The notes: generated by a model from the sequence alone, not told the origin. Positions 44,736-62,899 are shown, counted from the first letter of the stretch. The stretch: DNA of 64,000 nucleotides from the human T2T-CHM13v2.0 reference genome, Homo sapiens (GCF_009914755.1 NC_060934.1); one strand, 5' to 3'. Made by a program: numbers and translations.

Positions 44736-46627
44736 TAATTTGTTAATATTTAGTGAAAAAAGTTTTGTGGAAAGATACACCTGAGAAAATGCTGCAGAGA
44801 GAGGAAGTATTTATGAACTGGTACTTTAAGGATCTAATAGAAAAAATAGAGAAAAGATTAGGAACTTCAGCAAACACGTCAGCAGTGTATTTGACTATTT
44901 CACAGTATAGTTCAGCTTTGTCAGAGTTTATGGAAAAAGATAACAAATGCAAAAGTCAAGTCATGAAAAATAAAGTTTTGCTGCCTCCACAATGCTCCCC
45001 TAAAAGCTGCAGACTTGTTTAGAATAAGTTGATTATAAAGGACAGATATCAACTTGGCATGCAGAATTTTAGGATATTTTAATGAACACTAAATATTTAC
45101 CAGCACCAAGGAATTAGTAAAGATAGTGAGATAACACAAATCCAAAGAAAGGAATAGTCTATGCTAAAAATAACATAAATTTAGCATTATAATGTATTCA
45201 TTGATTCCTTACAAATTCAGTTTCCTCATATTACAGTAACAACCATATTCCATAATAATCCGATAATATTGCAATTATTTTATTAACCTTTCTATTGGTA
45301 ACATTTCTAATAAATAAATAATAGTATTATCCCATAATAATCAGGACCATTAGTCGGGGAGAAAAAAAGTATGCTTTTCTTCAGTGGCCATCAGGGGCAT
45401 GTATCTTCCTCTTGAAAACTCTTTATACATTGGGAAATGTGGCCAATGCTTCTATAAAACAACTCTGAGAGCTTCAACTGCTTTGCTCACCTTGGAGTCA
45501 AGGATACAACTTAAGCCTACTCATAATTCCCAATGTCAAGAATCTACATGCTACGTTCAGTCAACATAGCTAAATATAACCTAAGCTGCTCTATTAGGCT
45601 TTGGTTCTCTTGGTTGTAGCCTGTACCCAAAATGATAGTGCTCTGATATTAAACTGAATCTTTCACAATTTTAAACACACATGCACACACACACGTGTGC
45701 ATGCACATCTCAATCTTGTGCTTAATTCATTTGTATTGAACTAAATATTATTTGTCATATCACAGCATTTTACTTTTTATTTTGTTTCAAACACTTTTTT
45801 TGCAACTCAAAAATAAAACAAATTTATTGACTAATTTTATACATATTTGTTTAGTGATCACCTTTTGGGGGTCCGAAAATATCCTGAGATTTTACCTTCT
45901 TATTCTTTTAAAATAAATAGTGCTTACTCTAAAAAAATGTGAAGACTAAATTTTTCTTCTCTGAAATATATGCTTATTCTTGTTTATGTAGTCTTGGACA
46001 GTTGGAAATCAATGCTTCTATTACAAAATATAGGAAATGAAAAGGAGAAGTTGTAGGAAAGAGATTAATCATGTCTTAGATATGCTAAATAAATAAGTAT
46101 ATACAAGGGATATAAAGTAAATGTTGTCTTATTGGTGGTTACAGATGTAGGGCTGGAAATTGGGAGATATTTAAAGGCTTTTGGTATACAAGTGAGTTAC
46201 AAACATGTATGTAGTAGTTGAAATGGGTTTACTGAGAAAAAATGAGCCACTGATAATATATTGAAGACTTTTTATTTTTGTGGAATGAAAGTATGTAAAC
46301 ATCTAGAGAAACAGGAAGGCTTTGAGATTTTGAAAACAAAGTAAGACACTAAGGGGCAAAGAATAAGAAATAGCAAGTAGTCCACACCTTAAAATATTAA
46401 TATAGTAAAAGAGGAAAGTAGTTATTATCCATGAGTAGCGTAGCATTTATTATGTGCCTAGTATGAGGCATACACTATTCTAACCTCTGGGAGTATGAAA
46501 AAGTTTAATTTTTGGCCTTTTACCTTCATGAATTTAAAGATTAAGAGAAAAAAACAGACCACATACCGTAACTATAATACAATTTGGTGAGAGCTTAAAT
46601 AGAAGCTGCTTTACAGGTGCATTTGGA

Positions 46628-47066
46628 AAAGAACTATGACAGAGACCAGCCTTTCTTTTTCCAGGAACACAGACCAACTCCGTTTCCCGATCCCTTTGCA
46701 ATCTGCATTGAACCATGAGTCAAATTCTTGATAAAGGAGTGAAAATGATAAGTCTAAAGCAATGAAAAGCTGCTGTATTGACTACACATGCCTTCATTTC
46801 TTCTACCCTGCTTCTTTCATGCCTGCTTATCTGAATGACACCAGGATGACATTTAAGGCACATCTGAAGATGGGGAAACCACAGCACAGAATAAGGCTGG
46901 GCCCTTGAATCAATAAATGAAGGAGAACTACTCAAGAGAACAAAACCACCAGCAATATCCACCTGTATTTGTCTTTTCATAAGTGAGTAAAAAAGTATTA
47001 ATACATCATTGGGATTCAAGATTTCAGTTGTTAATGATAGCACAGCATAGCTCATCCTAGATGAGA
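46628..47066 (+). mobile_element. Old MLT1I/J-like MaLR LTR
   Basis: ccaggaacacag...tttccc...ctttgca...tgaagatggggaaaccaca...gctgggcccttgaat...gcatagctcatcct. Confidence 0.55.
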
Positions 47067-47768
47067 TTTTAATGTTGGAAAAAGGTTACTGGATCTGGAG
47101 AGTATTGGATCAGAAAGCATTGAGTGAATAGTTTTCATAGGTTTTAAAGAATATATTTGTTTAGATTGTTCAATATATGCATTTCTATAAATGTGTATTA
47201 GGGATGTCAATGTGGTTAAAGTAGAAAAATACTTTTAAAATCCTGCTGTGGAACAAAGAAGGGAGATAACTTGGAAAATTGGTGGGGAACAGGGAAATTC
47301 AAAAGGAATGGCAGAAGCATGGGCATACAGGGAATGTAATGTGGTCATTTTTATAGTTGAGGGGAAAGCAGTATCATATAGCAGGTGTTCTATGTCTCTT
47401 TGCTGAATACATGAAAATAAGTAAAATCAATAAAAGGAAATGGATTTATATCAAGTACTACGATCCAAGTGGTGAAATCAATTCAGATGAAAGTAAGCTA
47501 TGATTGAAAAGACAGCAATAAACAAGATGAAGAATGGCATTGAATTGCCTAAAAAGATTCTGAGAGAACTTTTCTAGGAAAAATGACAAAAAGGAAGTTG
47601 TTAGTACATGTTCGCAGAATAAAGGTCTGGACTAGAAGCATCAGTAAAAAAGCAAAGAACATGTTGGTCTTCTCTTTCATTCCTGTGAACATTAAAGAAA
47701 AGTAAAAAAAAAATAAACTTTTTCTGGGTTGATCCCAAGAAAAAATAATGTTATCAAGATATGATGAA

Positions 47769-48129
47769 TGATATGGTTTGGCTGTATCCGCACCCAAATG
47801 TCATCTTGAACTGTAGCTCCTGTAATTCCCATGTGTCATGAGAGGGACTCAGTGAGAGGTTATTGAATCATGGGGCAGGTCTTTCCTGTGGTGTTCTTGC
47901 GATAGTGAATATGTCTCGAGAGACCTGATGGTTTTATAAAGGGGAGTTCCCCTTCACATGCTCTCTTGCCTTCCGCCATTAAGATGTGACTTTGCTCCTC
48001 ATTCGCCTTCTGCCATGATTTTGAGGACTCCCCCACCATGTGGAACTGTGAGTCAATGAATCTCCTTCCTGTATAAATTACCCAGTCTCTTGTATGTCTT
48101 TATTAAAAGCATGAGAACAGACTAATACA
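47769..48129 (+). mobile_element. THE1B solo LTR
   Basis: tgatatggtttggctgt...cccaaat...gaatcatggggcaggtctttcc...ataaattacccagtctc...gaacagactaataca. Confidence 0.92.
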
Positions 48130-48504
48130 GTCAATTTTGACACATGTGAAAAGATAAAAAGAGTTTTATGTATAAAAATGAAATATGGTGGAATGATGGG
48201 TTTATGGTGGAATTTGCAAAGAGTATGGTGGCAGTTGACAAACTGCACTGAGTTAGATAGGGATAGTGATATAAGAAAGTATAGCATATAATTTTTTTTA
48301 ATTATAGTTGAAGTTCTAGGGTACATGTGCACAATGTGCAGGTTTGTTACATATGTATACATGTGGCATGTTGGTATGCTGCGCCGATTAACTTGTCATT
48401 TACATTAGGTATATCTCCTAATGCTATTCATCCCCCCTCCCCCGACCCCATGACAGCACCCGGTGTGTGGTGTTCCCCAACCTGTATCCAAGTGTTCTCA
48501 TTGT

Positions 48505-52314
<3,810 letters not shown>

Positions 52315-52377
52315 TATGATGTTAGCTGGTTATTTTGCTTGTTAGTTGATGCTGTTTCTTCTTAGCCTCAATGGTCT

Positions 52378-53403
52378 TTACAATTTGGCATGCTTTTGCA
52401 GTGGCTGGTACCGGTTGTTCTTTTCCATGTTTAGTGCTTCCTTCAGGAGCTCTTGTAAGGCAGGCCTGGTGGTGACAAAATCTCTCAGCATTTGCTTGTT
52501 TGTAAAAGATTTTATTTCTCCTTCACTTATGAAGCTTAGTTTGGCTGGATATGAAATTCCAGATTGAAAATTCTTTTCTTTAAGAATGTTGAATATTGGC
52601 CCCCACTCTCTTCTGGCTTGTAGAGTTTCTGCTGAGATATCAGCTGTTAGTCTGATGGGCTTCCCTATGTGGGTAACCTGACCTTTCTCTCTGGCTGCCC
52701 TTACCATTTTTTCCTTCATTTCAACTTTGGTGAATCTGACAATTACATGTCTTGGAGTTGCTCTTTTTGAGGAGTATCTTTGTGGTGTTCTCTGTATTTC
52801 CTGAATTTGAATGTTGTTCTGCCTTGCTAGGTTGGGGAAGTTTTCCTGGATAATATCCTGAAGAGTGTTTTCCAACTTAGTTCCATTCTGCCTGTCACTT
52901 TCAGGTACACCAATAAGATGTAGATTTGGTCTTTTCACATATTCCCATATTTCTTGGAGGTTTTGTTCCTCTCCTTTTACTCTTTTTTTCTCTAAACTTC
53001 TCTTCTTGCTTCATTTCATTTATTTGATCTTCAATCACTGATATCCTTTCTTCCAGTTGATCGAATCGGCTACTGAGGCTTGGGCATACATCACGTAGTT
53101 CTTGTGCCATGGTTTTCAGCTCCATCAGGTCATTTAAGGTCTTCTCTACGCTGTTTATTCTAGTTAGCCATTTGTCCAATCTTTTTTCAAGATTTTTAGC
53201 TTCTTTGTGATGGGCTCGAACATCCTCCTGTAGCTCAGAGAAGTTTGTTATTACCAATCTTTTGAAGCCTTCTTCTCTCAACTTGTCAAAGTCATTCTCT
53301 GTCCAGCTTTGTTCCATTGCTGGTGAGAAGCTGCATTCCTCTGGAGGAGAAGAGGTGCTCTGATTTTAGAATTTTCAGCTTTTCTGCTCTGATTTCTCCC
53401 CAT
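52378..53403 (-). pseudogene. Disrupted L1 ORF1
   Basis: Starts MGRNQSRKAENSK at 53403; KRPNL...ARREW...YPAKLS...KHAKL split by frameshifts. Confidence 0.92.
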
Positions 53404-55751
53404 GTTTGTGGTTTTATCTACATTTGGTCTTTGATGAAGGTGACGTACAGATGGGGTTTTGGTGTGGATGTCCTTTCTGTTTGTTAGTTTTCCTTCTAAC
53501 CATCAGGACCCTCAGCTGCAGGTCTGTTGGAGTTTGCTGGAGGTCCACTCCAGACCCTGTTTGCCTGGGTCTCACCAGCGGAGGCTGCAGAACCACAAAT
53601 ATTGTGGAACGGCAAATGCTGCTGCCTGATCGTTCCTCTGGAAGCTTTGTCTCAGAGGGGCGCCCGGTCATATAAGGTGTCAGTTGGCCCCTACTGGGAA
53701 GTGCCTCCCAGTTAGGCTACTCGGAGGTCAGGGACCCATTTGAGGAGGCAGTCTGTCCATTCTCAGATCTCAGACTCCATGTTGGGACAACCACTATGCT
53801 CATCAAAGCTGTCAGACAGGGACGTTTAACTCTGCAGAAGTTTCTGCTGCCTTTTGTTCGGCTATGCCCTGCCCCCAGAGGTGGAGTCTACAAAGGCAGG
53901 CAGGCCTCCCTGAGCTGTGGTGGGTTCCACCTTGTTCGAGCTTCCTGGCCGCTTTGTTTACGTACTCAAGCCTCAGCAATAGCGGGCACCCCACCCCCAG
54001 CCTCCCTGCTGCCTTGCAGTTAGTTCTCAGACTGCTCTGCTAGCAGTGAGCAAGGCTCCATGGGTCTGGGACCCTCCGAGCCAGGCGTATGATATAAACT
54101 CCTGGTGTGCTGTTTGCTAAGACTGTTGGAAAAGCACAGTATTATGGTGGGAGTGACCCAATTTTCCAGGTGCCATCTGTTATGGCTTCCCTTGGCTAGG
54201 AAAAGGAATTCCCAGACCCCTTGTGCTTCCTGGATGAGGCGATGCCTCTCCCTGCTTCGGCTCATGGTCTGTGGGCTGCACACACTGTCCTGCACCCACT
54301 GTCCAACAAGCCCCAGTGAGATGAACTTGGTACTTCAGTTGGAAATGCAGAAATCACCTGTCTTCTGCGTTGTTCATGCTGGGAGCTGTAAACTGGAGCT
54401 GTTCCTATTCAGCCATCTTGAAACCTCCCCTCAGTATAGCATATAATTTTAAAAGAAAAAGTAATGTTTTTTTCTTGCTCTTCTTTTTTCGCTGGTTCCA
54501 TTCCTTTCTGTCACTCTGTCCACTGCTGTTTGACAAACTACTGATTCAAATGCCTGGCTAAGATACAAATCATATGCAACAGATAACAGGCAGGGCAGAA
54601 TGTGGGTAACAGAAATGAAGGCAGCAAGAGGAGAGGGGCAAAGTTATATAGGAATATGTTTAGACCTCTGGGGCTCTTTTATGATGTTTTAGTTTTACTA
54701 AAATAAGCTTGGAACTTTGAAGCAGTATATGAACACCAGGTACTGTTTATAATGTTAAGACAGCTACATTTATCTGCTCTACTTTGGCACAGTGTAAAAT
54801 CTAAATTACTATGGGAAGAAGAAAAACAGGAAAAGATGTGTTAATCCTGTTTTTTTAACACATTATTTGGCATTATCTTTGAGAAGATGTTTGGCCTCTT
54901 CTGCTTAGTTTCGTCATTTGGAAGCTCATTACCTTACTGATTGTCACCTAGCAATATTGAACTAAAGTTCCAGTGTCAAAAGAGAACGTATATTGGAAGA
55001 TTTATTTTGAGAATTTAGATGACTTTCTGCACCAAACATGAATTTAAGCAATATAAATAACACAATCCATAAATCTTGTAAACAAAAAAAAAATTGTACA
55101 GCTCTTTTTAAAGTATGAAAAAAAAAAGAAACAAAAACTGCTCCTGTGGCAGCTTCTGCCAGTGCACATAGACATAACTATGACTGCCACACAGGTGCAG
55201 GTGCATTCCAGGAGTGAGGGGGAGAGGCCAAGTCCTCATATCTGTTGAATTTACCACCCCCCTTAGACTTTCTGAGAGAGCTTTTCTAGGGAAAATGATA
55301 AAATGGAGCTGTTAAAGGATAAAGTTGATTTTTTTACAAAGTAATCTAGTAAAGGAGACTAAAGCCCAGGGTTACTGACCCCATGTCTAGGGCACAACAG
55401 GGAAAATGAAATCTAATAATGGAAATCTAAGACATCATTTGCAAACCTGAAATCAATCTATAAGGTCAAAATCAATGCTCTTCCCTAAAAACATTCATGA
55501 ATATTTGTTATTCTTTTAAGTTATTGATGTTTGATAGGGAGTAACAATGGGTAGTTTTAAACTCAATTTATTTTTCTAGAGTTCGTTTCAAAGGAAGACA
55601 CAAGACTCTACTAGGGAAGAGAAGCTGAGCAAGTGGTAACTTAAAAACTGTAAAATTCCTTCTCCATGGATAATTAACATTGTTTTGCTCTTCTGACCTT
55701 AGAAAATACTACATAATAAAAATATTAGGCATTAAAATGTATATATTACAT

Positions 55752-56272
55752 TACCTTAGCCAGGTGATCAAGATTAACATCAGTGGTCATAAGTCTTGTT
55801 AAAAGTATGTGCCCTTGGTATGATGTGATGAAAATGGCACCTACTTCTGTGGTCATCCCCCCAAGAACTTATAGCCTCCATCTAATCATGACAAATGTGC
55901 CAAGAAAATTCTGTCATTCTGCAAAACGCCAGACCAATATTACTCAAAAATGTCAAGATAATCAAAAACAAGGACAGACAGAGAAAATTTCACAGCTAGG
56001 GGAAACCTAATGATAATTACTACTGCAATGTGGTATCCTAGATGGGATCTTAGAACAGAAAACGGACGTCAGGTAAAAGTTAAGAATTTCTGAATAAAAT
56101 ATGAACTTTAGTTCATGATAATATATTAATATTAGTTCATTAATTTTAAAAAAATGTACAATAGTAATCTAAGATATTTATAATGAAGAAACCAGGTGTA
56201 GGGTATGTGGATTCTCTATACTGTTTCCTCAATTTTTTAGTAAATCTAAAACTGTTCTAATAAAGTATCTTC
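55752..56272 (+). mobile_element. L1MD/L1MC-type 3' end
   Basis: ccttagccaggtgatcaagattaacatca...gatgaaaatggcac...caatgtggtatcctagatgggatc...aaatctaaaactgttcta. Confidence 0.75.
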
Positions 56273-56499
56273 TTAAAACATTATGCTTAATTTATAGGTA
56301 GAGTTTAATGAATAAGAATAAAATTAACACCATATGCCATTGTCTGACTTAACATAGAAATATAACTATTAACCTTGGAGTCTCCTATGTGCACTTCTCT
56401 ACTAATTTTTCTCTAAGTATTCCATTTTTAAAAATTTTTTTTATGATTAAAACAAGTTATCTAAAAAAATACTTTATTGTTTTATTTTAATAATTTTAA

Positions 56500-56797
56500 A
56501 GCCTGGTGCAGTGGCCCAAACCTGTAATCCCAGCAATTTGGGAAGTGGAGGTAGGAGAATCACTTGAGTCCAGAAGTTGGAGACCAGCCTGGGCATCATG
56601 GCAAAACCCCATCTCTACTAACAACACAAAAATTAGCTGGGCATGGCAGCACTCCTATAGTCCCAGCTACCTGGGAGGCTGAGGTGGGAGGATTGCTTGA
56701 GACCAGGAAGTCAAGGCTGTGGTGAGCTGTGATCGTACCACTGCACTCCAGCCTGGGTGAGGGGAGTGAAATACTGTCTCAAAAACAACACAAAAAA
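56500..56797 (+). mobile_element. AluJb
   Basis: gaggtgggaggattgcttgag, gtcaaggctgtggtgagc. Confidence 0.9.
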
Positions 56798-57001
56798 TTA
56801 TATCAAATTATATATTTGCTTTTTTGTTCAATAGTGTACATTTAAGGTATTCATGTTGATTTAACTAGCTATAGCTTACAGTTTTTTAAAATAAAATTGT
56901 TAATTTTAACCCTATTTCTTTCTGGTTTGTACGTTTTGTCATTTTTTTTTAAGTATGTTTCTTTCCATGGAAGAGAAAATACTTTATATTTTTCACTCCA
57001 A

Positions 57002-57619
<618 letters not shown>

Positions 57620-57689
57620 TAAAAAATCAACTTGGAGATATTCTGTAAAAAAAATTAAAACATTACTATGTAGATCAATAAAAATCTTC

Positions 57690-58945
57690 CTATGTTGCAT
57701 GTGAGAGTATAATTGGCACAATACATTGATAAACTGTTTGAAAATATCTATAAAATTTACTTACATGCATACTGTAAATGCAGCAATCCCACTCCTATGT
57801 ATATACCTAACAGGTATACATTCTATTCATCTAAAGATAGACACAAGAATGTTCACAGAAATCTTATTCTTAAAACTCCAATGCTGTAAATAACTCAGTG
57901 ATCATTCACCACAGAATTAATAATTTGTGTTATATTCATACAATGAAAAACTACAAAATAATAATGAACAAACCACAACTTTGCAATGTGGGTGTATCTT
58001 GCAAAGGCATTTTTGGGCTAAAGAAACCATATATAAAATAAATATTTCCATGTGATTTCACTTGCATATACATTTATATATTTTATATATTACAGAGAGA
58101 ATTCAAAATAGACAAAACTAAGCCCTGGTGTTACTGATTACAGGGTTTCTGCCCAGAAGGAGGCATGAAGTATCCGTCTGGAAGTGCTAGCAATGTTCTG
58201 TTTCATGATATAGGTTATGGTTACATGTATGTGTTCAGTTTGTAAAAATTCATTGAGTTGCACAACTATGATTTTTCACTTTCTATATAGTCTTCTATTC
58301 TTCAATTAAAAGTTTACTACAGATCTTAATAGTTATATGATGAGAAATGAATTTTTCTTTGATTCATTGTATTTTGCTGTATTTTTCTAATTATTTATGG
58401 TAATAAGTATTCCCTTTTTATGAGAGCTTTACTGAAATATAACTTACATAAGAAAAAATCAACTCCTTTTAAGGGTACAATCCAAGATATAGAACATGTT
58501 CATTTCCCCAACATTTCACAGTGTCCTTTTGCAAACATTCCCCTGGCCCACTGTGGTCTGATCTCTGATTGCTTTTTGTTGCTACAGTTTTGCCTTTTCT
58601 AAAAATTCCGCATAAACGAAAGTTTTTTGTGTCTGGCTTCTTTTACCTAGCATGATATTTTCAAGATCATGTTGCTGTGTGTATCAGTAGTTCTTTCCTC
58701 TCTAATGCTGGGTTGAATTCCATTGTATAAATATTGCATAATTTGTTGCCTATTCAGCAGCCAAAGAACTTTTGGATTGTTTTATTTTCTTTGATCTTGT
58801 GAATAAAGCTTCCAGGAGCATTTCAATACACTTTTTTTTTCCTTTGGGGCAGAAAACTAGGAGCAGATTTCTTAACTTTGCGATAAGCACATATTTAATT
58901 TTATAAGAAATTGTCAAGCTATCTCCACAATGGCTATAGCATTTG
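57690..58945. mobile_element. Two old L1ME 3' fragments in opposite orientation (+ ~57690-58315, - ~58415-58945)
   Basis: cagcaatcccactcctatgtatatacc...gaatgttcacag (+); tttgtgtctggcttcttttac...ttccattgtat...gaataaagct (-). Confidence 0.65.
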
Positions 58946-58974
58946 GAATTTTGTTTTGTTTTACTTTTTACTTT

Positions 58975-61543
58975 GTTTTTTTAAATTTATTTTTTACTTT
59001 TAAGTTCAGGGATGCAAGTGCAGGTTTGTTACATAGGTAAGCTTCTGCCATGGGGGTTGTTGTACAGGTTATTGCCTCACCCAGGTATTAAGCCTAGTAC
59101 CCACGAGTTGTTTTTCCTGATCCTCTCCCTCCTCTCATCCCCCACACTCTGAAAAGCCCCAGTGTGTGATGTTCCCCTCTATTTGTCCATGTGTTCTCAT
59201 CATTTAGCTTTCACTTATAAGTGAGAACATGCAGTATTTGATTTTCTGTTCCTGTGTTAGTTAGCTAAGGATAATGGCCTCAAGCTCCATCCATGTCCCT
59301 GCAAAGGACATGATCTTGTCCTTTTTAATGGCTGCATAGTATTCCAAGGTGTATATGTACAACATTTTCCTTATCCTCTCTATCATTGATGAGCATTTAG
59401 GTTGATTTCGTGTCCTTGCTATTGTGAATAGTGCTGCAATGAACATACACATGTGTGTGTCTTTATAATAGAATAATTTATATTCCTTTGTGTATATAAC
59501 CAGTAATGAGATTGCTGGATTGAATGGGATTTGTCTTTAGTTCTTTGAGGAATTGCCACACTGTCTTCTACAATGCTAAACTAATTTACACTTCCACCAA
59601 CAGTGTATAAGTGTTCCTTTTTCTCCACAACCTTGCCAGCATTTGTTATTTTTTGACTTTTTAATAGTAACCATTCTGACTGGTGTTAGATGGTATCTCA
59701 TTGTGGTTTTGATTTGCATTTCTGTAATGATCAATGATGTTGAGTTTTTTTTCATGTGATTGTTGGCCAAGTGTATTTCTTCTTTTGAAAACTCTCTGTT
59801 CATGTCCTTTGCCCACTCTTATTGTTTTTGTTTTGACAGGGTCTCACTTAGTCACCCAGGTTGGAATGCAGTGGCGTGATCTGGGCTCACTGCAGCCTCC
59901 ACCTCCTGGGCTCAAGCAATCCTCAGCTTCCCAAGCAGCTGGGACCACAGGCACACACCACTATGCCCGGCTAAGTTTTTATATTTTTTTGGTAGAGATG
60001 GGGTTTCTCCAGGTTGCCCAGGCTGGTCTTGAACTCCTAAGTTCAAGTGATCTGCTCACCTCAGCCTCTCAAAGTGCTGGGATTACAGGCATGAATCACT
60101 GTGCCCAGCCTTTTGGCCCACTTTTTAATAGGTTGCTTTTTTTCTTTTAAATTTGTTAAAGTTCCTTATAGATGCTACATATTAGACCTTTGTTGAATGC
60201 ACAGTTTGCAAAAATTTTCTCCCATTCTGTCAGTTGTCTGTATACTCTGTTGATGGTTTCTTTTGCTGTGCAGAAGCTCTTTAGTTTAGTTAGATCCCAT
60301 TTGCTAATTTTTACTTTTGTTGCAATTACTTTTGGTGTCTTCCTCATAAAATCTTTGCCTGTGCTTATGTCCTGAATGGTATTGCCTAGGTTGTCTTCTA
60401 TGTTTTTATAGCTTGGGATTTTACATTTAAGTCTTTCATCCATCTTGAGTTAATTTTTGTATATGGTATAAGGAAGGGGTTCAGTTTCAATCTTCTGCAT
60501 ATAGCTACCCAATTAGCCCAGTACCATTTATTGAATAGGGAATCTTTTTCTCACTGCTTGTTTTTGTCAGCTTTGTCGAAAATCAGATAGTTGTAGGTGT
60601 GTGGTCTTATTTCTGGGTTCCCTATTATGTTCCACTGGTCTATGTGTCTGTTTTTGTACCAGGACCATGCTGTCTTGGATACTGTAGCCCGGTAGTATAG
60701 TTTAAAATCAGGTAACATGATGTCTCCAGCTTTGCTCTTTTTGCTTAGGATTGCCTTGCTTTTCAGACTATTTTTTGGTTCCATATGAATTTTAAAATAG
60801 TTTTTTCTAGTTTGTAAAGAATGTCAATGGTACTTTAATAGGAATAACATTGACATTATAAGTTTCTTTGGGCAGAATGGCCATTTTAGTGATATTGATT
60901 CTTCTTATCTATGAGCACGGAATGTTTTTCTGTTTGTTTCTGCCATATCTGATTTCTTTGGGAAGTGGTTCTCCTTGTACAGATCTTTCACCTCCCTAGT
61001 CGGTTGTGTTCCTAGGCATGTTATTCTTTTCATGCCAATTGTAAATGTGATTGTATTCCTGATTTGGCTCTCAGCTTGAATATTATTGGTATATAGCTAA
61101 TGCTAGCGATTTTTGCACATTGATTTTGTATCCTGAGACTTTGCTGAAGTTGCTTATCAGCTTAAGGAGCTTTTGGGCTGAGACACTGGATTTTTCTAGA
61201 TATAGGATCATGTAATCTGCAAACAGTGATAGTTTGACTTCTTTTCTTCCTATTTGGATGCCATTTATTTTTTTCTCTTGACTGACTGCTCTTGCCAGAC
61301 CTTCCAATTCTATGTTGGATAGGAGTGGTGAGAGAGGGCATCCTTTTCTTGTGCCACTTTTCAAGGGAAATGCTTCAAGCTTTTGCCCATTCAGTGTGAT
61401 GCTGGCTGTGGTTTTGTCATATATAGCTCTTACTATTTTGAAGTTTGTTCCTTCAATACCTAATTTATTGAGAGTTTTTAAGATGGAATGACATTGAATT
61501 TTATCAAAAAGCCTTGTCTGCATCTATTGAGATAATCATGTGT
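58975..61543 (-). mobile_element. 5'-truncated L1PA13-like element (3' UTR to mid-RT) with nested AluJb
   Basis: L1 3' UTR; ORF2 peptides [20 protein letters not shown] and [12 protein letters not shown]. Confidence 0.9.
59821..60110 (-). mobile_element. AluJb
   Basis: gacagggtctcact, ctcctgggctcaagcaatcc; TSD tttgcccactctt / ttggcccactttt. Confidence 0.92.
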
Positions 61544-62680
61544 GATATTTTCCTATTTGGCTAATCATTTTATCATTATACAGTGTCCCTCTTTGCCTTT
61601 TTTTACTGTTGTTGCTTTAAAATCTGTTTTTTCTAATATAAGAATAGCTACTCCTACTCACTTTTGGTTTCCATTTGCATGGAATGTCTTTTCCCACCTC
61701 TTTCCCTTAAGTTTATGTGAGTCCTTATGTATTAGGTGAGTCTCTTAAAGACAGCAGATACGTGGTTGGCGGATTTTCATTCATTCTGCTATTCTGTATC
61801 TTTTAAGTGGAGCATTCAGGCCATTTACATTCAATGTTAGTATTGAGATGTGAGGTACTGTTCTATTCATCATGTTAGCTGTTGCCTAAAAACTTTGTTT
61901 TTTCCATTGTGCTATTGTTTTACAGACCTCGTTAGATTTATGCTTTAAGGAGGTTCTGTTTCAGTGTATTTCAAGGTTTTGTTTCAAGATTTAGAATTCC
62001 TTTTAGCATTTCTTGTAATGCTGGTTTGGTAGTGCCGAATTCTCTCAGCATTTTTTGTCATCTCTCCTTCATTTATGAAGCTTAGTTTTTGCTGGATACA
62101 AAATTCTTGGCTGACAATTATTTTGTTTAAGAAGGCTAAAGATAGGACCTCAATCTCTTCTGGCTTGTAAGGTTTCTGCTGAGAAATCAGCTGTTAATCT
62201 GATAGGTTTTTCCTTATAGCTTACCTAATGCTTTTGTCTCACAGTTGTTAAGATTCTTTTCTTTGACTTTAGTAACCCAATGACTATGTGTCTACTAATG
62301 ATCTTTTTGTAATGAATTTTACAGGAGTTCTTTGAGTTTGTTGTATTTAGATGTATACATCTCTAGCAAGGCCAGGAAATTTTCCTCAGTTATTCCTGCG
62401 AAAAAGTTTTCCAACTTTCAGATTTCTCTTCTTCCTCAGGAACACCAATTATTCTTTGTTTTGATAATTTAACATAATCCCAAATTTCTTGCAGGCTTTA
62501 GTCATTCTTTAAAATTCTTTTTTTTTTAATCTGGCAATTCAGATATTTCTTCTCAGTTTAGATCCATTGCTGGGGAGCTAGTGTGATCTTTTGGAGGTGT
62601 TATAGAACCCTGTTTTGTCACATTACCAGAATGGTTTTTCTGGTTCTTTTCCATTTGAGTAGACTATTTCTTAAAATTAG
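61544..62680 (-). mobile_element. L1PB-type ORF1/ORF2-start fragment
   Basis: tataagaatagctactcct...gtgagtccttatgtattaggtgagtctc...ggtttctgctgagaaatc...ctctagcaaggccagg. Confidence 0.75.
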
Positions 62681-62899
62681 AACTACATTTTAATAGTAGG
62701 TCTGTTACTATTGATTGGCAAGCTATCTTGATGATATTCAAACTCTACCTGGGCATAGGTTTATGTCTTAATTCTCTATTCAGTTGCATGGGTTTATTTC
62801 TATATTCCTGTTTCACTATCACACTGCATTAATTAGTATACAGCTATAATAAATATAATATTGGGTAATGCAATCTTCTCCAATTGTTATTCAACTGCA

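Noticed and set aside
45675-45708. Alternating purine-pyrimidine tract with Z-DNA potential
   Set aside because: Short, degenerate (CA)/(TG) microsatellite of a very common kind.
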